Below are positions 29,654 to 38,423 of a stretch of 64,000 bases of DNA, one piece after another (within the stretch, counting starts at the first letter, position 1; each line of letters begins with the position of its first letter). Under the pieces are notes generated by a model. It worked only from the letters and a program-made list of their open reading frames with translations. It was not told the DNA's origin and ran no database searches. The translations under genes and the position numbers were made by a program. Location of the stretch: IMG/VR virus record IMGVR_UViG_3300024308_000016, positions 186,001-250,000 of that record. One strand, 5' to 3'.

Positions 29654-31197
29654 TCGAACTTGACCAGACCAAGAACTGGGGCATCGTCGCCTACACTGAC
29701 GGTGGCGCACGTCCCAATCCCGGCGCCACCGGCGCTGGGATACACGCCTATCTGTACGAGATAGATGCCAAGCCCGATCGCATCAAAGCCATGCGCTTTA
29801 CCGTGGAAGATGTCTCACGTTACGCCATCCCCACGGTCAATGGCTATAAATACACCGACAAGGACGGAAAGATCTCGGCAGCCAAGGATAAGGAAGCCGT
29901 CCCTGTCAAGCCATCGTTCTTCCTGGAGATCTCCAAGAGCTCTTCAGGACAGCTGTCGAACAACTACGCCGAGCTCGAAGCCTTTCACCAAGTGCTGCTC
30001 ACGTGCCGAGCGTACCTGTTCAAGCGCCTGCATGTCTGCGCGGACTCCATGTATGTGATCAATGGGATCACCGACTGGTGCAAGGGATGGGAGCGTAACG
30101 GCTTTCGCAACCGCTTCGGCGAACATATCAGCAACCGCGATCTATGGATGGCAGTCTGGGATCAGTTCAAGCTCATGCGCACTGAGGGCTACCAGATCTC
30201 GATCTCTCACGTCAAAGGTCATGCCGGACATCCGGGCAACAACCAAGCAGATTGGCTCGCTACCATCGGAGTGCTCCGAAGTCGAGACCTGCTGGACCAG
30301 ACTGATGTGCGGCTGTACACGCCCAAGGAGTACTGGGAGCCCAAGCGAGAGCGCCATCCACTTCTGTGCCTGAAGCGCTTGTACTTCGACCGCCTGGGTG
30401 AGAACTACCAGCCGGGCAAGTATTTCATGGCTGACCCTGGTAAAGACGAGTCGTTGATCGGCAAACCCATGCCCGAGACCGTGTATGCCATCGTCCGCAT
30501 GCATGAGCCTCACCCTATCATCGAGGCAGTGATGCGCAAGCAGTTCAACTACGGACAAGACTTCAACGAAGTCATGCGGATCAAGACGGACAACTTGTTC
30601 GTGCCGGATGTGTACCGCATCATCCAGTCGCATGGTGCTTACGGGATGCTGCAGTTGTCATCAGCCAACAGCAATATCTACTGCGTCAATGAAGTGCCAC
30701 TGACCCAGGAGCTGCGGCCTATCGGAATCATGATGCGAGCCATCGATTCCCTGAACTCCCTCGACGGCGTCTTTGACCAGTATCTGGAGATGAAGAAGTC
30801 GCCCGAGGCATTTGCGCTCACCAACAACCAGCTGCTCCAAGCTCATGATCTCACAGGTGAGTTCTACGAGACAGTGGAAAAGAAGGTCGGAAAGGAAGTC
30901 CGGCTTTCCAAGGTCTTGAAGAAGACCATTGGTGTGGGCTACAAAGACCATCCCATCGAGTTCAGTCTTGCCAACAAGGACGGCACTTCCCAGGATCGCA
31001 AGCTCAAGCTCAAGCTCGCTCTCGACCTTCCGGAACGTAATATGCTGAAACAATTGGAAACCGAGGATGTAACAGTAGAACTTATCACTTGGAGAGAGTC
31101 CGAACTCTCCGTCCGCTACGCGACTGTGATAAGCTGCTCAGCTGGGATGGCTATCTGGTCGAACTTTTATGCTGACCGCCTGATCTTGAAAGAGTGA
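29650..31197 (+). CDS. rnhA: Ribonuclease H with C-terminal extension (phiKZ gp155-like)
   Basis: AYTDGGARPNPG, SNNYAELEA, ADSMYV, NRDLW, HVKGHAGHPGNNQAD; TTG start at 29650 after GGAG. Confidence 0.9.
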   Translation: MIELDQTKNWGIVAYTDGGARPNPGATGAGIHAYLYEIDAKPDRIKAMRFTVEDVSRYAIPTVNGYKYTDKDGKISAAKDKEAVPVKPSFFLEISKSSSGQLSNNYAELEAFHQVLLTCRAYLFKRLHVCADSMYVINGITDWCKGWERNGFRNRFGEHISNRDLWMAVWDQFKLMRTEGYQISISHVKGHAGHPGNNQADWLATIGVLRSRDLLDQTDVRLYTPKEYWEPKRERHPLLCLKRLYFDRLGENYQPGKYFMADPGKDESLIGKPMPETVYAIVRMHEPHPIIEAVMRKQFNYGQDFNEVMRIKTDNLFVPDVYRIIQSHGAYGMLQLSSANSNIYCVNEVPLTQELRPIGIMMRAIDSLNSLDGVFDQYLEMKKSPEAFALTNNQLLQAHDLTGEFYETVEKKVGKEVRLSKVLKKTIGVGYKDHPIEFSLANKDGTSQDRKLKLKLALDLPERNMLKQLETEDVTVELITWRESELSVRYATVISCSAGMAIWSNFYADRLILKE

Positions 31198-31222
31198 GGG
31201 CTCGCTAAAGTAGAGTCCATGA

Positions 31223-31684
31223 ATGCACAGTTTCCTTAACGCTACCGCTCCTGTCGGGGTTCCATCGATCTCCGCCGCTGCGCTTTCCGTGATGGGTAAG
31301 ATATTCCCGTCACGCATCAAACGACTCATGTTCGTCTTCAGTGTCCTTGGTTTCGTAGACGAGGCCATCGAAGATGACATGAAACTCATCGATCAGCTCA
31401 ATGGTCTACTGCGCTTACCTAAATCGCCAGACGTCTGCAAGGCGTCCATGCAAGTCAAGCATGCGATCTGGCAGGGCACAGGGATCAACTTCGAGTACAT
31501 GGACCTTCATAGGCCCATGGAGGCGAGGAGAGCTGCTCTTGCCAATGACCGCGATCGCATGGTCACGTACTTTATCGACAACTGCCCCAAGTGGTTGCGA
31601 TATGGACACGAGACTGCCGACATGCGCCGTGATCTCAACCATCTGTTCAAAGTCGTCGGGGAACTCCAACCCGAACTGGCTTGA
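31223..31684 (+). CDS. Hypothetical protein (153 aa)
   Basis: Fills the gap between RNase H and a terminator; consistent codon usage. Confidence 0.65.
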   Translation: MHSFLNATAPVGVPSISAAALSVMGKIFPSRIKRLMFVFSVLGFVDEAIEDDMKLIDQLNGLLRLPKSPDVCKASMQVKHAIWQGTGINFEYMDLHRPMEARRAALANDRDRMVTYFIDNCPKWLRYGHETADMRRDLNHLFKVVGELQPELA

Positions 31685-31700
31685 TGGCAGCAGGCCATAT

Positions 31701-31737
31701 ACCTATACCCCGTCCCCACAAGGGACGAGGTATAGGT
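31701..31737. terminator. Bidirectional hairpin terminator
   Basis: ACCTATACC.CGTCCC-loop-GGGACG.GGTATAGGT. Confidence 0.7.
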
Positions 31738-31768
31738 TCTATGATGTCCAGTTTTCGGAAGATGTGCC

Positions 31769-32635
31769 TTAACCGGCGACGTTCTTCAGGCCGGTCAGCC
31801 GTTCAGCCATCTTGCCCACTGCGCCGATGGCTTCTTCCAGACGGTGGCGGAACACCCCCAGGAACTCGACATAATGGGCCACAGCCAAGGCACCCTGGGC
31901 GATGGAGTTTGCCGCAGGTGCCGAGATGTTCTCGATGGCCTGTTCGTTGGAGCGCTCGATCACCAGGTTCAGGAGAGCAGAGATGTCCTTGACGTTACCC
32001 ATCACGTCCTTACGGTCGGTCTGGATGCGGACTTTGTTGACGTCCTTGGCCAGGTTGACCGTATCCACGATGTCCATGCCTTGGTCAAACACAGCGTACA
32101 GAGGCAGGACGCTGACGGTGCTCTTGGGGTTGAAGTAGCTCGCCAGCTGCTTGCGCTGCTCGTTCATCCGCCTTTCGATCCCTTGATAAACAGACGAATA
32201 ATCGCGAAGCGCCGTTTTAGCGTCGGCAGAAGAGATGAAAGCAGAAAGCGCACGACGGTAGTCCTCCAGTAGTTTGTCGCGTTCCTTGAGGATCTCGTTG
32301 CCGGTCTCCTTGAGGAATTTCAGATAGGGTACATACTTTGCGTTCAGCCCCTGCGGCACCGCCACCAGCAGCTCGTCCATGGCGACGAAGTTCATCGCCA
32401 GCGCGTTGTGCTCATAGGTGGAGAAGGCGCGGGTCTGCTTGTCGAAGTCAAACTCCACGTCGTCCTTGGCGGTGAATGCCCGGATGGAGTCCTCCAGATA
32501 CTGGGACACCGAGGGGAAGACATTTCGAAACACATTGATCACATTGGCTGTGACCAGACCCTCCAAATTGAGGGTGTTGACCGCAGTGACGGCGGCTCGC
32601 TCGATGGGCGGGAGAGTGGAGAGTTCAATCGTCAT
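31769..32635 (-). CDS. Probable virion (head) protein, phiKZ gp153-like; start MTIELS
   Basis: AAAGGA RBS before ATG 32635; helical protein; divergent from UvsX as in phiKZ-like phages. Confidence 0.65.
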   Translation of the reverse strand: MTIELSTLPPIERAAVTAVNTLNLEGLVTANVINVFRNVFPSVSQYLEDSIRAFTAKDDVEFDFDKQTRAFSTYEHNALAMNFVAMDELLVAVPQGLNAKYVPYLKFLKETGNEILKERDKLLEDYRRALSAFISSADAKTALRDYSSVYQGIERRMNEQRKQLASYFNPKSTVSVLPLYAVFDQGMDIVDTVNLAKDVNKVRIQTDRKDVMGNVKDISALLNLVIERSNEQAIENISAPAANSIAQGALAVAHYVEFLGVFRHRLEEAIGAVGKMAERLTGLKNVAG

Positions 32636-32732
32636 TTTACGTCCTTTGCTCCCCGATTTCGGGCAGCAGAAAAATAGCTGAGGATGCCATAGTATGGCGT
32701 AACTGACACCCCTGAGTATACAAGGAAAATCA

Positions 32733-34220
32733 ATGCAACATAAAGCAAGAGTCGCATTTCCGGTGGCCAACCAAATGCCGTCTTCGCCAAACGTTAAGGT
32801 GATGCTTAACGTCGGCGCCGGTATGGATATCCCTACCGGTCGCTGGCTGCCTGGCAAGTTCGGTGAGCAGATCCTCAATGGGGGTCTAGCCATCGTGGAG
32901 GCCATCGCTGGCAAGGGCAACAACTTCAAGAGCACAATCTTGGAGTACAAGATGCACAAGGCGGCATCTCGTGTGGTTCGGGAGATGGATACCAACATCA
33001 CCACCCACGATACCGAGGAAAACAAAGACGAAGACCGGATCACCAGTCTTTATCAGCGTATCCCGGAGTTCGCTGATCGGGACTTGTTCGCTGAAGGCGT
33101 GTACGTCATTACTGGCAAGAGCCAGCTCAAGGGCGAGCAGTGGTGGGAAAACCTCAAGGATTTCCTGGAGAACAAGAAGAAGAATGCCAAGGACTTGATG
33201 GTCGAGACGCCGTTTCTCATGCGGGACCGCGTCACACGCCTGAAGATCATGCAGCCGACGTTCTCGCTGGTGGATTCCATCTCCGAGTTCGAGACATCGG
33301 ACGTCTCCAAGATCCTCGACGAGAACGTGATCGGTGACTCCGCGGGCAACATGGTCCACATGCGCGCAGGTCTTGCCAAGACGCGATTCCTGATGGAGTA
33401 CCCCACTCAGGGCATCGCCAACCAGCACTACCTGACCATGGCTGGTCACTGGGGCAAGGACGGCATGATCGCACAGGGTCCGCACTCGGCGCCTCCGGAG
33501 AAGAAGATGAACTCCATGCCCCAAGGCGAGAAGGTCAAGGGCGTGCCGGACAAGTTCTACTACCTGATCCACTGGGCTGGTCTGGCCACGGGCTCTCGAC
33601 TGCACCTGAACAAGGATACACGGGCATGCGACTACCCCGCTGATGAGCACGACAAGGAAAAGGGTCACACCGACCTGTGGCTGGTGCCCATCACCACTCT
33701 GCGCTCGAAGTTCGGGTCGTCTAGCTGGTCATTCAACCTGCTGATCTCCCAAGCCGAAGGTGTGCAGCCTGGTCTGACCGAGTTTCACATGCTCAAGGAG
33801 TCCAGGTATGGCCTGGATGGTAACCTGATCAACTACTGGTGCGATCTGATCCCAGATGTGAAACTGTCGCGCTCTGTGATCCGCGGCAAGATCAACACCA
33901 ACGCCAAGCTGCGTCGTGCGATCAACATCTGTTCGGAAATGTACCAGATGACGATCTTTCACCGGGACATCCGCTACGAGATCCCATCTCCCAAGGAGCT
34001 GTACGAAAAGCTCAAAGCCGCCGGCTACGACTGGGACATGATCTTGGGCCGCACTCGTGGCTGGTGGAAGCCCAACAACGAGAGCCATCCACTGCTGTTC
34101 TTGTCGACAATGGACCTTATCAATATGGCGGCTGGCAAATACCATCCATATTGGTTGGAAGATGACAAGAAGACGATCAAACCTGAATACATCGTCGACG
34201 AGCCATACGAGTTCGTGTAA
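32733..34220 (+). CDS. uvsX: UvsX/RecA-like recombinase (phiKZ gp152-like)
   Basis: LNVGAGMDIPTG, P-loop GKGNNFKST, Walker B SLVDSISE. Confidence 0.8.
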   Translation: MQHKARVAFPVANQMPSSPNVKVMLNVGAGMDIPTGRWLPGKFGEQILNGGLAIVEAIAGKGNNFKSTILEYKMHKAASRVVREMDTNITTHDTEENKDEDRITSLYQRIPEFADRDLFAEGVYVITGKSQLKGEQWWENLKDFLENKKKNAKDLMVETPFLMRDRVTRLKIMQPTFSLVDSISEFETSDVSKILDENVIGDSAGNMVHMRAGLAKTRFLMEYPTQGIANQHYLTMAGHWGKDGMIAQGPHSAPPEKKMNSMPQGEKVKGVPDKFYYLIHWAGLATGSRLHLNKDTRACDYPADEHDKEKGHTDLWLVPITTLRSKFGSSSWSFNLLISQAEGVQPGLTEFHMLKESRYGLDGNLINYWCDLIPDVKLSRSVIRGKINTNAKLRRAINICSEMYQMTIFHRDIRYEIPSPKELYEKLKAAGYDWDMILGRTRGWWKPNNESHPLLFLSTMDLINMAAGKYHPYWLEDDKKTIKPEYIVDEPYEFV

Positions 34221-34238
34221 CTCCATCCACCACCATGC

Positions 34239-34258
34239 CCTAGAGCTTCGGCTCTAGG
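34239..34258 (+). terminator. Hairpin with UUCG loop after uvsX
   Basis: CCTAGAGC-TTCG-GCTCTAGG. Confidence 0.6.
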
Positions 34259-34301
34259 ACATATGGTGCCTCTTTGTTTACTCTCAGTTAGGGAATCCCA
34301 A

Positions 34302-34664
34302 ATGTCGGAACTCAAAAACAACTATGAAGCGGGCGTGGCTCTGTACCACGAACCCAAGCCCGAAAACGATCGGGACCTGGTCAAGGAAGTGCGCGGCATC
34401 TTCAAGGACGCCGGCGTCTCCGAGGAAGGCCTCAAGCGCAACTACGATGAGCACCGCCATATCGCCACCAGCGTGGACAAGGTCTCGGTCGTGCAGCAAG
34501 TCATGATCAACCGCTACATGGACGTGACGCTCAAGCGCAGCCCCAAGAGCACCATCCAGCTGCGCGCGGAACTCCTGGCCAATGGCAATATCGACAACTG
34601 GGTCGGCCAGGTCAAGAACAAGATCGCTCCCTTCATGACCGAGACTCGGCTGCTGGAGCGATGA
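34302..34664 (+). CDS. Hypothetical protein (120 aa)
   Basis: ATG 34302; ATGA overlap with the next gene. Confidence 0.7.
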   Translation: MSELKNNYEAGVALYHEPKPENDRDLVKEVRGIFKDAGVSEEGLKRNYDEHRHIATSVDKVSVVQQVMINRYMDVTLKRSPKSTIQLRAELLANGNIDNWVGQVKNKIAPFMTETRLLER

Positions 34665-35320
34665 ACCGCAAGGCCTTTGAGAAGGTCGTCCTGTCGGGCA
34701 TCCAGGAGCTCACGCGCAGCAAAGAAAACGTGGCGTTTTACCAAAACCTGTTTGCGTCCATGAACGACAAGCAGTTGGCGGTGTTCGTCAACGATCTGAA
34801 GGAGCGTCGTAAGCGCCTGTCGATCATCGTACCTAACTTTTCGGAAAGTCCCTCCAATGAGGAGATCAAGGACTTTGGCAAGAAGATCGGCTACGAGCCT
34901 ATGGAGCAGCTATACGTGGAAGGCCAAGACGGCAAGCCCACGTACCTGACTCCGGTGGCTTTTTTGATCCTGATGATCCCGGTGCGGCGAGCTTCACAGC
35001 TGCTGACCAAAAAGATCAGCGTCCCCCCACACACCAAGGTGCGGGACATATTGACTGGCCAAGTCACTGGCGAGTCCAAAGGCACACGGGTCTCTGGCCC
35101 TGAAGTGCAGATCTTGGCTGGCATGGGCGCGACAGCGTCAGCCATCGAGATGATGAAGTTCCGAGGCGGCGACTTGCGGGGCGAGGCTGCTTTGGTGGCG
35201 ATGCTCTCCAAGTACGGCAGGGCCAGCCAAGAGGTGCTGGACAACTTCTCGTCTGGCGTGCAAGCGAAGACCGCTCTTCGCACTTATCTGACTGCAGCAA
35301 TGCATAGGACCAACTTGTGA
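34661..35320 (+). CDS. Virion RNA polymerase beta C-terminal subunit (phiKZ gp149-like)
   Basis: [21 protein letters not shown] parallels bacterial beta [29 protein letters not shown]. Confidence 0.8.
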   Translation: [219 protein letters not shown]

Positions 35321-36165
35321 TCGAAGGAAAACCATCGCAGATTGGAGCGATGCTGATATCTCTGGACTGTGTCTTGGACACAGTCCAGGGTACATTGGCT
35401 GCCATCTCTCCGACACTCTACGCTACCAACGCAGCCAAGGGCTACTTCAGCCGCCTAAGAGATGAGTTCGAAGGCATCTCCAAGGAAGACTTCCAAAAGG
35501 CGTACGCCAATCGAGGAGCCAAGGAGCTAATGCTCTCGACCGCCACACCGGCGCTCGCACTGATCATCGACTTTGTCAAGAAGGTCAACACCCTATCCAT
35601 CCACTCCCCAGTGGCTATGGTCCCGAGGGTGGATGTGAACTTCTTTCCCTTCATGCCGCCTGAGCATGTCCGGGAATCCATCCTGATGGCGATTCGCGCG
35701 CATGTCAAAGAGCGTTTTGACCTGAATGCGATTTGTGTGGACCCCAAACACATCACGTTCGACTACGTGCGGGTGAACTACGACCATATCGTCATGTACG
35801 ATCTGGGTCCGTGGCTGGAAGCGCAGGTGCAGGATGGCAAACTCGAACGCGCCATACCGAACGTCACGCTGATGGGGCCCATCATCAACCGCAGTGACGA
35901 AGAGCTCACGCTCGATGAACTGCACAACCGAGCAATGGTCGCAGGAGAGGACTTTGCACCCTTGTTCAACCTTGTGCTCATTCCGCTGGAAGCATTTTGC
36001 AGCGCTATGAATCCCAATCGCATCAAACCCCCACCGCCCAGAGCCGAAGCTCCGAGCAGTGGGGATGTGTCAAAATCGGACCAAGAAGATATACCTAATG
36101 AGGTTTTGCCTGCAAATGAGGCCGAGCCGACAGATGAGGATATCTTCGGGCCGCAGTTCAGTTAA
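35317..36165 (+). CDS. Conserved hypothetical protein (HAD-like N-terminus ISLDCVLDT)
   Basis: GTGA overlap; 282 aa with acidic tail. Confidence 0.65.
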   Translation: MIEGKPSQIGAMLISLDCVLDTVQGTLAAISPTLYATNAAKGYFSRLRDEFEGISKEDFQKAYANRGAKELMLSTATPALALIIDFVKKVNTLSIHSPVAMVPRVDVNFFPFMPPEHVRESILMAIRAHVKERFDLNAICVDPKHITFDYVRVNYDHIVMYDLGPWLEAQVQDGKLERAIPNVTLMGPIINRSDEELTLDELHNRAMVAGEDFAPLFNLVLIPLEAFCSAMNPNRIKPPPPRAEAPSSGDVSKSDQEDIPNEVLPANEAEPTDEDIFGPQFS

Positions 36166-36608
36166 GCGGTGATCTTGATCGATTCGTCAGCCAAGATGGC
36201 CGCCGTGTCGATTGGCTGAGTGCCGATGTGAGACATGCCTGGCACTTCCTCGAACTCCTCGTCTACCAAGACCTCCCTGATGCCGCCTGCCGGCATCGGG
36301 GGGCGTTGACGCAGCACGTCTGCCGTGCTTTGCGCGATTGCGATGGCCAGCGCTTCCTGAGACTGGGCCTGCTTCTCGGTGCTCTTGATGCGCTTGACGC
36401 CAATCGCCGCACCAGACATGTCCTTCAATGCCGCCAGGAAGAAGATTCGATCTTCCTTGTCCTTGGGCATCTTGCCATCTTCACCGATTATGTCTTCAAC
36501 AAACTTCTTGCGCAGATCCTGGGTATACTGGATCAAGCGATCGTTTTCATCCGTCTCCTCGGTAGCCGCCGATTGGCGGATGGGAGCATTGCTGCTTTGG
36601 TCTGACAT
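36162..36608 (-). CDS. Hypothetical protein (148 aa)
   Basis: AAGGAG RBS; helical, charged. Confidence 0.7.
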   Translation of the reverse strand: MSDQSSNAPIRQSAATEETDENDRLIQYTQDLRKKFVEDIIGEDGKMPKDKEDRIFFLAALKDMSGAAIGVKRIKSTEKQAQSQEALAIAIAQSTADVLRQRPPMPAGGIREVLVDEEFEEVPGMSHIGTQPIDTAAILADESIKITA

Positions 36609-36643
36609 AGGTGGGCTCCTTAATGCCGTTTTGAAAAGTGTTC

Positions 36644-36667
36644 AGGCACTTACACCTTACTTGAGGA
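36644..36667 (+). promoter_or_regulatory. Putative phage early promoter motif, copy 2
   Basis: Exact 24-bp match to 4776-4799 with similar flanks. Confidence 0.65.
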
Positions 36668-36708
36668 CACAGCCCGTTGTTTCTTGTCTCAAGGAGGAGT
36701 ATCATGGC

Positions 36709-37173
36709 CTGACGCATATTGAAACCATCTCACCAGCCCACGAAGAGCTGGCGTACTTATTAGCGAAGATTGACGTCTCGCAAATTCGGACGTATAGCTC
36801 ACTGGATAATACGTCGGCTACCACGGTCTACGGAAAAAACATAGAGACGCACACTACGTTCATTGGCGAGATCACCGCCGTGATCGGCAAGGGAAAGGCC
36901 GTGACTCGTAAAAAGGTCAGAGAAGCCGAGCATCTATACAACGACCGGGACTACTTCATCTCACAGGACGGATTCATCATTGATCGCCACTTTGCACTGG
37001 AGCGCTTGTTCCTGCGCATGCAGTTGCTGATCGATGCATACGCCCGGCTTTTGGCAAGTGCCGATGACTCCATCACCGCTACTCATAACAGGGAGCTGGT
37101 GGCGCCGATCATTGATAACTGCCTGAAGATGGTCAAATCTATCCAACTTAAACCAAATGGCACAAGCTACTGA
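36709..37173 (+). CDS. Hypothetical protein; start uncertain (CTG 36709 proposed)
   Basis: Open frame downstream of the promoter motif and AAGGAGGAG RBS; overlaps the next gene's start. Confidence 0.55.
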   Translation: MTHIETISPAHEELAYLLAKIDVSQIRTYSSLDNTSATTVYGKNIETHTTFIGEITAVIGKGKAVTRKKVREAEHLYNDRDYFISQDGFIIDRHFALERLFLRMQLLIDAYARLLASADDSITATHNRELVAPIIDNCLKMVKSIQLKPNGTSY

Positions 37174-37921
37174 TTTTCGTGATATCCGCACGGGAGAGCC
37201 GGATGCAGTGCTGGCTGGCATATGGCGCCAGATCATGCGCAACTACGGAATGGACTTTGCCCGCTTGGACGATCTGGTCACAGATTACTCCAAGATGATG
37301 ACGTTCATGACGCCGGAGAAACAAAGCCAGTATCGTGGCAATGTTTTATCCGATCTCAAGAGCGAGAAGATGACCTGGGGGACCTTCCTTCGGGGTATCC
37401 GTTGCTTGAAGATGCAGAAGATGGATTTCATCCTTCACCTGCACCATTTGCAGTACATCACCGAGCATACGCTGGTCAAGGAGTTTGCGCCTCCTGAGGT
37501 GGACATCGACTTGCCGCTGCCTAATGGCGACAAGCCTCCCACCGAGCTGTACTACCTGTATACTTCGATCCGTCATGATCTTGGTATATCGGTGGCTGAC
37601 ACCCAGCAGCTGCTCACCAAGTACATGATCCGCTGTCAGATACCACTGACACACAAGAACAAGACCAGTGTCCGGGGAAACATCAAGAAGGACTTATTTG
37701 GGGAACGCCTATCATGGGCCTCCCTGATACGAGGCTTGAACTTCCTGGAGATTGTCAAGTTCGATGTAGAGATCGTCCTGTATCCGAAGAAAGGCAAAAG
37801 CACCCGACATCGTCGCACTATCATTTTGAATGACCCGCACGATCTTAGGGAAGAGCTCGAAGCCATCAACGAGAGAAAGGACGCAAATGACACTCAACTC
37901 AAACCAGCTACCCCTACTTGA
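37157..37921 (+). CDS. Hypothetical protein with internal duplication
   Basis: Two halves: RGNVLSDLKSEKMTWGTFLRGIRCL and RGNIKKDLFGERLSWASLIRGLNFL. Confidence 0.75.
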   Translation: MAQATDFRDIRTGEPDAVLAGIWRQIMRNYGMDFARLDDLVTDYSKMMTFMTPEKQSQYRGNVLSDLKSEKMTWGTFLRGIRCLKMQKMDFILHLHHLQYITEHTLVKEFAPPEVDIDLPLPNGDKPPTELYYLYTSIRHDLGISVADTQQLLTKYMIRCQIPLTHKNKTSVRGNIKKDLFGERLSWASLIRGLNFLEIVKFDVEIVLYPKKGKSTRHRRTIILNDPHDLREELEAINERKDANDTQLKPATPT

Positions 37922-38411
37922 CCGCGTCGTCAAGGAAGCCAACGATCTGATCTCGCAACATCTGAAGCTGATGATCTCGTTGAGCTCCACTGAGAACGAT
38001 AAAGCTCTCAGCATTGTACGTATCTTGGTAAGCATGACCATAGAAACCGGACCGTCCATGTTCTTCAGTGAGCAAAACATCCGGGATCTGGAAGACCATG
38101 TCGACAAGAACATGGCTTTCCGGTCGCTTGTTGATAAAGTTGCAGGCCGTGTCTGCGACTTGTTGGTGTTCTCGGGGTCTTCGCACCGCGCGTTCTCCAA
38201 CAGCATCATCGAGGGCTTCATAGCCAAGGAGCAGCCAGCGACAGAAAGCAGCTCCGGCACCTGGCCCGGTATGTTCCGTGATGACGAAGGGAAATTCCTT
38301 TGTGCTCGTGAGAACTTCTGGATCATCTGCCTGTACATCGTTACCAGTACCTTTCACTACGCTAACTGGCACGACCAGTTCGACGTTTTGGAAACACCGC
38401 CTTCTAATTGA
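37887..38411 (+). CDS. Hypothetical protein
   Basis: AAAGGA RBS before ATG 37887. Confidence 0.6.
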   Translation: MTLNSNQLPLLDRVVKEANDLISQHLKLMISLSSTENDKALSIVRILVSMTIETGPSMFFSEQNIRDLEDHVDKNMAFRSLVDKVAGRVCDLLVFSGSSHRAFSNSIIEGFIAKEQPATESSSGTWPGMFRDDEGKFLCARENFWIICLYIVTSTFHYANWHDQFDVLETPPSN

Positions 38412-38423
38412 AAGACTCGACAA

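Noticed and set aside
4776-36667. Identical 24-bp repeats as CRISPR repeats or att sites
   Set aside because: They are 32 kb apart with no array or integrase, and degenerate copies upstream of other operons fit a promoter better
36379-36708. N-terminal extension of the 264-aa ORF
   Set aside because: Overlaps a minus-strand gene with a good RBS and spans the promoter motif
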